Positions 22,441 through 29,590 of a DNA stretch of 53,887 nt are shown in pieces. A program made the translations under genes and the position numbers. The stretch lies in assembly GCA_036649855.1 (NCBI GenBank), contig JAVWAV010000004.1, positions 23,011 to 76,897 on the forward strand, read 5' to 3'. The notes under the pieces were generated by a model that was given only the letters and a program-made list of their open reading frames with translations, did no database searches and had not been told where the DNA came from. This DNA is from Bacilli bacterium (lineage in GTDB: Bacteria > Bacillota_I > Bacilli_A > RFN20 > CAG-826). The first letter of the stretch is position 1; each line of letters opens with the position of its first letter.

Positions 22441-22989
22441 TTAGATCTTTTCGATGATGGAGAAATCAACTTCAAGGGCAGTTGGTCTACCAAAGAAGAC
22501 TGTTTCAACTTTAACGATATTTGTTTCGGTATCAATAGAAACTATCTTACCTTCCATACCATTAAATGGTCCATTAATAACTCTAATATGTTCACCAACA
22601 AGGTATCTTGCCATCATGGTTGAGTCAATTTGACCAATACGTTTTAAGACGGATTCGATTTCATTAACTGGAACAGGAGTAGGTTTCGTACCTCCACCAG
22701 ATGATCCAGCAATTCCGGTTACGCCTGGGGTATTACGAACCATGTACCAAGTATCATCAGTCATGATCATTTCAACAAAGACATATCCTGGATAAAGGTT
22801 AACAATTTTGGTTTTAATCTTTCCTGATTTTTCTTTAATTTCTTCAGTTTCTTCTGCGACTATTACTCTAAAAACTTGATCACTTAAATTAAAGTTTTCA
22901 ATTCTTTTTCTAATATTATCAGCAACTTTATTCTCATGTGAAGAGTAGGTCGTTGCAATATACCAAGCCTTATTTTGTAGATCTGCCAT
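22441..22989 (-). CDS. nusG: Transcription termination/antitermination factor NusG
   Basis: 182 aa. It has an NGN domain start (WYIATTYSSHENKV) and a C-terminal KOW domain. secE-nusG-rplK synteny is preserved. Confidence 0.95.
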   Translation of the reverse strand: MADLQNKAWYIATTYSSHENKVADNIRKRIENFNLSDQVFRVIVAEETEEIKEKSGKIKTKIVNLYPGYVFVEMIMTDDTWYMVRNTPGVTGIAGSSGGGTKPTPVPVNEIESVLKRIGQIDSTMMARYLVGEHIRVINGPFNGMEGKIVSIDTETNIVKVETVFFGRPTALEVDFSIIEKI

Positions 22990-23033
22990 AATGTTGTTCT
23001 CCTTTTTTACTAAACTTTAGTCTCTTAATTTAC

Positions 23034-23261
23034 CTATACACTTGGTGGTGGTGGAACTGATCCTGAAACACCGCCAAAGATATTATTAGCAGCATTAATA
23101 AGAGTTCCAGCAGCCCAGTTTTCAATCATTAAAACAACTGCTGCAATAATTACAATAACAAGAACGATCATAAAAGAGTTTAAAAAAACTTTAAAACTTG
23201 GCCAACGAATCTTTTTAGCTTGGCTACCTACTTCTTTAAGATATTTTCTTGGTGATGTCAT
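23034..23261 (-). CDS. secE: Preprotein translocase subunit SecE
   Basis: 75 aa. It has the KKIRWPS motif followed by a single TM segment, and lies between rpmG and nusG. Confidence 0.85.
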   Translation of the reverse strand: MTSPRKYLKEVGSQAKKIRWPSFKVFLNSFMIVLVIVIIAAVVLMIENWAAGTLINAANNIFGGVSGSVPPPPSV

Positions 23262-23283
23262 AATTTTTTTCCTTCCTTGCTTT

Positions 23284-23433
23284 TTACTTGCTTTCTTTAT
23301 GTACTGTCATTTCATTACAATGTGGACAATACTTTTTCAATTCTAAACGTGTAGTTGATTCCTCAACTTTTTTAGTCGTAGTATAGTTTCTCGAAAGACA
23401 TTTCGAGCATATTAAAATCACTTTTTTTCTCAT
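23284..23433 (-). CDS. rpmG: 50S ribosomal protein L33
   Basis: This is below the ORF-track size cut-off, so I translated it by hand: [49 protein letters not shown]. It has the CxxC...CxxC zinc-ribbon pattern and the LELKKYCP block of L33. No obvious SD is present. Confidence 0.9.
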   Translation of the reverse strand: MRKKVILICSKCLSRNYTTTKKVEESTTRLELKKYCPHCNEMTVHKESK

Positions 23434-23513
23434 GATTATAATATATCATCTTTTGCTCTAATAATATAGCACAAAGTAAATAAAAAATAAATAAAAAATA
23501 TTTAAAAATAGAG

Positions 23514-24146
23514 TTAGATTTTTCCGCAATCTAACTCAATTTTTTCAATCCCAATTTTAAATATTGTGAGAACTCGACTATAACTTAAATCATACATTTC
23601 TGAGATCTCAATAAATGACCATCCACAATAATGCATATCAATTATTTTCTTTTCTCCATCAGACAATATAGATTGTTCGTTATAAAGATATTTGGCATAG
23701 AATTCCTTATAAATAAGTTCTTGTTTTTCATCATTTTTAGATGACACGTTATCTAAAAATGATGTCCCTGCTTCACTATTTTCGTTATCAAGTGAAAGAG
23801 CATGTTTAAAAAGAAGACTAGATTTTGTAAAATACTTTTCACGTAAAGAATTGTATTTATTTTTCATGAACCCAATGAAGTAGCTATCAAAACTACCTAT
23901 CCAATTAAGTTCAATTTCATTGCAAAACTCAAATATAAACTCATTTGTTGTCAAGTCAAAATCAGTTAAATCAATCCCAAAATCTTTAATTGAATGAAAA
24001 ATTGACCAATATAAAGGCATAATATTTTGCTTTAAATTAGCAATTTCTCCTACATCGTTTCCGATCCCAATTCGGCGTACTCTTTCGAGAGCTTCTGTTT
24101 TACTCGTGTTCCTTAAGCTTTCAGAAAACGACTCGACAAGACTCAT
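23514..24146 (-). CDS. Divergent sigma-70 family factor at the sigH locus (SigH/ComX-like)
   Basis: 210 aa. The C-terminal LSDGEKKIIDMHYCGWSFIEISEMYDLSYSRVLTIFKIGIEKI looks like a region-4 HTH. The central part aligns loosely by eye with B. subtilis SigH, while the N-terminal region 2 is poorly recognisable. It is in the rlmB-sigH-rpmG-secE-nusG synteny and has a 4-nt ATGA overlap with rlmB. Confidence 0.55.
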   Translation of the reverse strand: MSLVESFSESLRNTSKTEALERVRRIGIGNDVGEIANLKQNIMPLYWSIFHSIKDFGIDLTDFDLTTNEFIFEFCNEIELNWIGSFDSYFIGFMKNKYNSLREKYFTKSSLLFKHALSLDNENSEAGTSFLDNVSSKNDEKQELIYKEFYAKYLYNEQSILSDGEKKIIDMHYCGWSFIEISEMYDLSYSRVLTIFKIGIEKIELDCGKI

Positions 24147-24865
24147 ATTAATTGTCTTTTTATTTCAGATAGGAGAATTGAGGCAGCAGTTGAAGCATTA
24201 AGAGAATTAACATGGCCATACATTGGAATTTTAATAATATGATCACTATTTTCTTTAACAAGACGTGAAATTCCAAACCCCTCGCTCCCTAGAACAAGGA
24301 CCGTTTTATTCGCAAAAGATGTGCTATAGCACGTATCTTTTGCGCCGCCGTCACTAGCATAAATCCAATATCCTAGTTCTTTTAATGTTTTTATCGTATT
24401 AGAAAGATTAACCACACTAACCATTTTTACATAGTTAATAGCACCCGTTGAAACCTTTGCAACAGTATCAGTGATTCCAACTTGATTGTTTTTTTTATAA
24501 ATAACAGCATCAACGTCAAATGCATCACATACACGTAATATAGCTCCAAAATTATGAGGATCTTCAATACCATCTAACATAAGAATAATAGACTTTTCTT
24601 TCTTTTGTAAACTTCCGACAAGTTCTTCTAAAGAAAAAGTAGTGTATTCTTTTACTTCCGCAACAATTCCTTGGGATACAACAGACTTCCCAACTAGTGA
24701 AAAGATAATCTCCTTCTCAACGAATTCTAAGGTCACTCCACTAGATCTAAGTTTTTCAATAATTCTTTCGTTACTAAAAGATTTTGAAATAACTACCTTG
24801 ATAGCTCGTTTTGATTCTACTGCACTTACGACAGCATTGATTCCATATATTAAAGATGTTAGCAT
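24143..24865 (-). CDS. rlmB: 23S rRNA 2'-O-ribose methyltransferase, SpoU/TrmH family (RlmB/YacO-like)
   Basis: SpoU motifs are present: DGIEDPHNFGAILRVCDAF, LVLGSEGFGIS and IPMYGHVNSLNASTAASI. I chose the start at the ATG at 24865, which lies 6 nt after the SD AAGGAGA. The ORF-track start at 24895 has no SD. Confidence 0.85.
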   Translation of the reverse strand: MLTSLIYGINAVVSAVESKRAIKVVISKSFSNERIIEKLRSSGVTLEFVEKEIIFSLVGKSVVSQGIVAEVKEYTTFSLEELVGSLQKKEKSIILMLDGIEDPHNFGAILRVCDAFDVDAVIYKKNNQVGITDTVAKVSTGAINYVKMVSVVNLSNTIKTLKELGYWIYASDGGAKDTCYSTSFANKTVLVLGSEGFGISRLVKENSDHIIKIPMYGHVNSLNASTAASILLSEIKRQLI

Positions 24866-24965
24866 ACACACTCTCCTTGTTACCGCTTTCGGCAAATAAA
24901 GTAATTATTATGTTTTTTTATTTTATAATAATTATGGATTATTTTGTTTTCAAACAAATTTTCTT

Positions 24966-24992
24966 AATAAAAAGTGTGCTTTTTAGCACACT
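24966..24992 (-). terminator. Rho-independent terminator overlapping the mgtC stop codon
   Basis: An 8-bp stem AGTGTGCT / AGCACACT has a 4-nt loop and is followed on the minus strand by TTTTTATT. Confidence 0.75.
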
Positions 24993-25702
24993 CTAATTGT
25001 TAAAGGCCTTATTTTCTGCGAAAGCGCTTCGACGAAATCATCTAACGTTGAGCGTTTAGCAGGAGAAAAAGTTATCAAAAGTCGAAGCGCTTCATAAGTT
25101 CTAAATTGAACTAATTGGGTTTCAAAACTCTTAAGTGAAAGGCCATATGATCTAGCAATTTCACTAACATCTTTTAAAACAGCACTATTTGTTGGAACAA
25201 CTAGTAAAATAACTGGGTTTTTAGCACTAATATGACGTTCGATTGGTTTAAGAGCGGTAAGAGAAAATATTGTTAATAATGAGCCGAGTGCAGCAACAAT
25301 AAAGCTTCCAGCTCCACATGCTAAACCAATCGCCATTACCATCCAAAGAGTGGTAGCAGTTGTTAGTCCTTTAATATCGGTTCCGGTTTGAATAATAGTT
25401 CCAGCACCAAGAAAACCAATACCAGATACGACTTGCGCAGCAAGACGCATTGTATCTCGATTTTCGTAGCCGATTCCATAGATTGAAACAATCATGGTAA
25501 TAGCAGATCCTACTGCAACAAGAATATGAGTTCTAAGTCCGGCAGCATGGCCATTCCATTCTCTTTCATAACCAATTACACCAGCAAGAAAAATACATAA
25601 AACTAATGATAAAACAATTAAGATTAAATTACCCCATCCATTATTGTTAAATAGGCCATTAAACCATTCAACTACGACTCTGTCAATGCTCATTACATTC
25701 AT
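24983..25702 (-). CDS. mgtC: MgtC/SapB family membrane protein
   Basis: 239 aa. It has a GYEREWNGHAAGLRTHILVAVGSA signature, about 4-5 TM segments and a soluble C-terminal domain. Confidence 0.85.
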   Translation of the reverse strand: MNVMSIDRVVVEWFNGLFNNNGWGNLILIVLSLVLCIFLAGVIGYEREWNGHAAGLRTHILVAVGSAITMIVSIYGIGYENRDTMRLAAQVVSGIGFLGAGTIIQTGTDIKGLTTATTLWMVMAIGLACGAGSFIVAALGSLLTIFSLTALKPIERHISAKNPVILLVVPTNSAVLKDVSEIARSYGLSLKSFETQLVQFRTYEALRLLITFSPAKRSTLDDFVEALSQKIRPLTIRVC

Positions 25703-25712
25703 ATTGTTCCAC

Positions 25713-27044
25713 CTATAATAATTTTCTTTCTATTGCCTTAGCTCTTAAGCAATCACTTAAAGCAAAATCTTTAGATTCTTTTGCCTTATTATATGCTTCT
25801 AAAAGAGACAAGTCATCAACTGATAATGTAATTATATCAAATTTTAATCCTAAAATCTCTAACATTAATGAAAGAGATGCATATAAATTAAGTAATTCTT
25901 CATTTTTAGTACTTTTATTACGTAATGCTAGATTAATATCTTTACACATTTTAAAGATTACTGATAACGCATTAGAGATATTTAAATCATCTTCTAAACA
26001 AGATATAAATTCACTTATCTCTTCTTTTCCTAATTCGTTAAAGATCTTTTTAACTTGTAACTCTTTTGCAAGATCATTAATTGCTTTACCAATCTTATCT
26101 ATTTCAACTTTACAAGTAGCTAAAAATTCATCATTTAAATTAATTGGAGCACGGTAATAAGTAGAAAGTAAAACATAACGAGTAAATAATCCCCCATGTT
26201 CCTTAATAAATGCTTTTCCGGTAATGAAATTGCCCAAAGATTTAGACATTTTTTCATTATTAACATTAAGAAATCCATTATGCATCCAATAGCGAGCAAG
26301 AGTCGTATTTGCCGTAGCTTCACTTTGGGCAATTTCATTTTCGTGATGTGGGAATTTTAAGTCAAATCCACCACCATGGATATCGATTATATTACCAAAT
26401 CTAGTGTTGATCATAACACAACATTCTGTGTGCCATCCTGGGCGACCTTTACCCCAAGGACTGTCCCACGTAATTCCTTCATTTGTTTTTTTCCACAAGG
26501 TAAAATCGAATGGATTTTCCTTTAATTCATTCTCTTCAATTCGAGCTCCCGCACGTAAATCTTCTAACTTAATATTACTAAGTATTCCATAATTTGATAC
26601 ACTATTTACGCGAAAATATACATCATTTCCTTTAACATAAGCATGTCCTGTTTTAACGAGATTGTCGATATAATCGATAATCTCGGACATCGTTTCAGTA
26701 ACACGAGGATTAGCAGTTGCTGGAAGAACATTAAGAGAAGATAAAACATTTTTAAATTCATTTATATAGTAGTCTGTGATCTCTTTTTCAGTCTTTTTTT
26801 CTTCAAGAGCTTTCTTAATTATTTTATCATCAACATCAGTAAAATTAGAGACAAAATCAACTTCGTATCCTTCATAAATAAATAGTCTTCTTAACAAATC
26901 AAAAACAACTGGAGGACGAAAATTTCCTAAATGAGGATCGTTATATACGGTTGGTCCACAAATATAAATTGAGACCGAATTAGGGCGAAGTGGAACAAAT
27001 TCTTCTTTCTTATTAGTTAAAGAATTAAATACTTTAATTGACAT
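25713..27044 (-). CDS. cysS: Cysteine--tRNA ligase
   Basis: 443 aa. It has a HIGH-type motif (PHLGNF), KMSKS, and the zinc-site block WHTECC. Confidence 0.97.
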   Translation of the reverse strand: MSIKVFNSLTNKKEEFVPLRPNSVSIYICGPTVYNDPHLGNFRPPVVFDLLRRLFIYEGYEVDFVSNFTDVDDKIIKKALEEKKTEKEITDYYINEFKNVLSSLNVLPATANPRVTETMSEIIDYIDNLVKTGHAYVKGNDVYFRVNSVSNYGILSNIKLEDLRAGARIEENELKENPFDFTLWKKTNEGITWDSPWGKGRPGWHTECCVMINTRFGNIIDIHGGGFDLKFPHHENEIAQSEATANTTLARYWMHNGFLNVNNEKMSKSLGNFITGKAFIKEHGGLFTRYVLLSTYYRAPINLNDEFLATCKVEIDKIGKAINDLAKELQVKKIFNELGKEEISEFISCLEDDLNISNALSVIFKMCKDINLALRNKSTKNEELLNLYASLSLMLEILGLKFDIITLSVDDLSLLEAYNKAKESKDFALSDCLRAKAIERKLL

Positions 27045-27087
27045 GATTTTCTCCTCTTTTTTTACTGCTAGGGGTTATAATTTTATT

Positions 27088-27759
27088 TTACAATATAGCT
27101 TTAAATAATTGTAGTAATTCTTTACCTGATTTAACACTATAGGTTGGATTTTCTTCTTTAATTAATTTAAGATCTCCATATCCATATAGACAAGCAACAG
27201 AAGGAATATTTAAGGCTTTAGCAAACTTAACATCAACCGGACTATCTCCGACATAAATTGCTTCATTAATATCATAATTATTTAGTGAAAAATATTTCAT
27301 AATACCATCTATTTTAGGCTTTGCTACAAATTCATTATTATATCCAAAACACTTTAATATTTTTACTTCTTTAAACAAATTAGCCATACAATCCACTAAA
27401 ATATCATATGGCTTATTTGAATAAATAATGATGTTTACATCATTATTATTTAAATATAATAATAAGTCATTTATATTAGAATATATCTCAATTTCTTTTA
27501 ATTGATATAAGGCATAATAATTCATAAATAGCTCATATAATTTAGTTGTTTTAGAATCAAATTCCGTAACATTAAAAGCCTTCATAAAAAGAACTTTTGC
27601 GCCATTTCCAACAAATTTAGTAACTTCTTCTCTTGTATAATGTTTATCTATTTTCTCTTCTTTTGCGGTTTCGTTAACTGCTTTAGTAATCCCACCAATT
27701 GAATCGGCAAGCGTTCCATCAAAATCAAATATCGCATACTTTATTTTTTTCATATACAT
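27088..27759 (-). CDS. HAD-superfamily hydrolase (phosphoglycolate phosphatase-like)
   Basis: 223 aa. Motif I is FDFDGTLADS and the late motif is YVGDSPVDV. No SD is present. A TATAAT box lies 2 nt upstream of the first ATG, so the second ATG (27753) may be a leaderless start. Confidence 0.8.
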   Translation of the reverse strand: MYMKKIKYAIFDFDGTLADSIGGITKAVNETAKEEKIDKHYTREEVTKFVGNGAKVLFMKAFNVTEFDSKTTKLYELFMNYYALYQLKEIEIYSNINDLLLYLNNNDVNIIIYSNKPYDILVDCMANLFKEVKILKCFGYNNEFVAKPKIDGIMKYFSLNNYDINEAIYVGDSPVDVKFAKALNIPSVACLYGYGDLKLIKEENPTYSVKSGKELLQLFKAIL

Positions 27760-27761
27760 GT

Positions 27762-27807
27762 ATTATAGTACAAATAAATGAAAAAATGTTGCAATAATGC
27801 AACATTT
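27762..27807 (-). repeat. Copy 1 of a 46-nt direct repeat (terminator hairpin plus -10-like box)
   Basis: It is identical to 29536-29581 at 45 of 46 positions by hand alignment. It contains the 10-bp hairpin AAATGTTGCA / TGCAACATTT. On the minus strand this is followed by TTTTTTCATTTATTTGTACTATAAT. Confidence 0.85.
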
Positions 27808-28161
27808 GTATTTTTTAAATCGTTTGATGACATAATTGTTTATAAATATAAAAGCAAGAATAACTTATACATCAAGAGGAAAGTTTAGTCTATAGAAGTT
27901 AAAGCAATAAGTATATTAAGAAGAGCTAAGTGATGAACAATAATAACTAAGATAATTTATCCATTCGTTCCTATTTCGGCAATATCGACATATTTGCCTT
28001 TATATTTAAACGCCTTTCTGTATCCTTCACAATTTCATATCATTAGTAAGTTAACACATTACAATAGTTTTCAGTATTTTGATGTAATATATTATCGTTA
28101 ATATTTTTTGTAGCATTCACACTACTAGTAGTAAATAACAATGCTATAAGAAAATTTATAA

Positions 28162-28383
28162 TCATTTTATATCATCATTCGTCTGCACAAACACTAATAA
28201 TACACCAAATAACGAAATAATAAATCCAATAAAAGTAAATATGAATACAAATTCCATATTGTATTGATGAAGTGTTAGATAAGATATTAAAAATGAACCT
28301 AATGTAGCAAGTATTCCAGCCAATACAGAAATCTTTCTATACATATTCTTTTTCGTAATAAACTTCCTCCTGTTTTTACTCAA
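28162..28383 (-). CDS. Possible small two-TM membrane protein
   Basis: 73-aa ORF with two hydrophobic segments. The annotated TTG start has no SD. An AGGAGG lies inside the ORF, 6 nt before an ATT codon, so the start is unresolved. I found no recognisable family. Confidence 0.3.
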   Translation of the reverse strand: MSKNRRKFITKKNMYRKISVLAGILATLGSFLISYLTLHQYNMEFVFIFTFIGFIISLFGVLLVFVQTNDDIK

Positions 28384-28537
28384 TTAATATATAACGTTCT
28401 TCTAAAATTTTTAATATTTATTCATCAAATATTTGCATTATGTTATTGCTTATAAGTACAAACTTTTAAATGTCTAAAATATTAAAAATTGTCATAGGCC
28501 ACGATGTTTCTAAACTTTTACAAAAAAAGTGAAAAAT

Positions 28538-28589
28538 TATAAATGCATGGTTTTCTACTAAATCGCTTTTGCAAAACCATGCATTTATA
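28538..28589. repeat. 17-bp perfect inverted repeat with an 18-nt loop in non-coding islet DNA
   Basis: The arms are TATAAATGCATGGTTTT (28538-28554) and AAAACCATGCATTTATA (28573-28589). Confidence 0.7.
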
Positions 28590-28761
28590 TTGCTATTGGT
28601 AGCATCTTTGTTATAACTTATATATTTAAAAGCATGAAACATATTAATATTTGGTTATTTTATTACATTAAAGTTACCACAAAGTGATTGCATTTAATAA
28701 TACATAATTTGTGACTTCGTGTATGAATATTTACTGCGTTTTATCACATATAAATCCACCT

Positions 28762-28811
28762 TTATTATATTAAAAGGCCACCCATTAAAGAGTGACCTTT
28801 TAATATAATAA
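28762..28811. repeat. 20-bp inverted repeat (19/20) with a 10-nt loop, downstream of the lipoprotein gene
   Basis: The arms are TTATTATATTAAAAGGCCAC (28762-28781) and GTGACCTTTTAATATAATAA (28792-28811). It may act as a terminator for the 28855-29232 gene. Confidence 0.65.
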
Positions 28812-28854
28812 GAAACCATTATGTAGAATTGATAAATAATTTAAAACATATAAA

Positions 28855-29232
28855 TTAAATTATTCTTGGTATAAATGAATATAAACCAATTAAAAAATAT
28901 AATATTGAAGTAGAATCAGTAGGTTTTATAATATCTTCTTCTCGATATGTGCCATATAAAATAGTCCCATCTTTAACTTCTGTTTTATCAGTTAATGAAC
29001 CATCAGCGTTAGTAATATAAAATACATTTTCATGTATAACTTTAGCATGACTTTGTTCTCCTAAAACAAAATCGATATCATCCTTTCCACCACCAGGTCT
29101 TTTCCATTTTTGAAATGTTAACAAAAAAATATTAGAAGAATTTGAAGGCTTGTTACTACTCGTTTGAGATGAACAAGAACAAATTCCTAAAGAATATACA
29201 GTAATGAATATTAAGGCTAACAATTTTTTCAT
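28855..29232 (-). CDS. Putative lipoprotein
   Basis: 125 aa. The N-terminus MKKLLALIFITVYSLGICSCSSQTSSNKPSNSS has a signal peptide, lipobox-like Cys residues and a Ser/Asn-rich linker. The SD is weak (AAAGGAAAA). Confidence 0.5.
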   Translation of the reverse strand: MKKLLALIFITVYSLGICSCSSQTSSNKPSNSSNIFLLTFQKWKRPGGGKDDIDFVLGEQSHAKVIHENVFYITNADGSLTDKTEVKDGTILYGTYREEDIIKPTDSTSILYFLIGLYSFIPRII

Positions 29233-29304
29233 AGTATTTTCCTTTTAACGTTATAAATATTTAGTCAATAAATTAACATTTTATTTAAAAAATAATTTTA
29301 AAAT

Positions 29305-29330
29305 GATATGAGATATTTTTGTCTCATATC
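29305..29330. repeat. 9-bp inverted repeat upstream of the lipoprotein gene
   Basis: GATATGAGA / TCTCATATC with an 8-nt loop, about 75-100 nt upstream of the start at 29232. Confidence 0.5.
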
Positions 29331-29535
29331 TATATTTATTATATGACAACCCTTAATTCGTGTCAAATATAACATCGATAATTATAATTCTTATTTAGTT
29401 TTTGTTTAATTTAAAAATTTTAGTCTGATAATATAATCGTTTTTAACAATTGCAGAATGTACTTTTAAAATTTATGTAGGTTCTTATAACGCATAATTAT
29501 AAATAAAATATCTTAGAAATCGATCTATAACTCAG

Positions 29536-29581
29536 ATTATCGTACAAATAAATGAAAAAATGTTGCAATAATGCAACATTT
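29536..29581 (-). repeat. Copy 2 of the 46-nt direct repeat; serves as the hydABC terminator
   Basis: Same hairpin and T-run as copy 1. It begins 9 nt downstream of the hydA stop. The -10-like box here reads GATAAT. Confidence 0.85.
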
Positions 29582-29590
29582 CTTCATTTA

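Noticed and set aside
27045-27087. I looked for a T-box leader upstream of cysS.
   Set aside because: The spacer to the upstream HAD gene is only 43 nt, far too short for a T-box. cysS appears to be co-transcribed with the HAD gene.
27900-28160. A possible gene remnant. A minus-strand stretch translates to ...EGYRKAFKYKGKYVDIAEIGTNG before a stop.
   Set aside because: No start codon is present, a stop lies immediately upstream, and I recognised no family. It cannot be distinguished from random sequence without a database search.
28466-28642. A 58-aa minus-strand ORF (MFHAFKYISYNKD...) in the islet, found by hand.
   Set aside because: It has no SD, and the 17-bp inverted repeat sits inside it. 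ORFs of this size are expected by chance, so it is more likely non-coding.
27762-29581. I considered whether the repeated 46-mers could be CRISPR repeats or IS-element terminal repeats.
   Set aside because: There are only two copies and they are 1.7 kb apart. They are direct rather than inverted repeats. No cas, transposase or integrase gene is present. Each copy is explained locally as a terminator hairpin.
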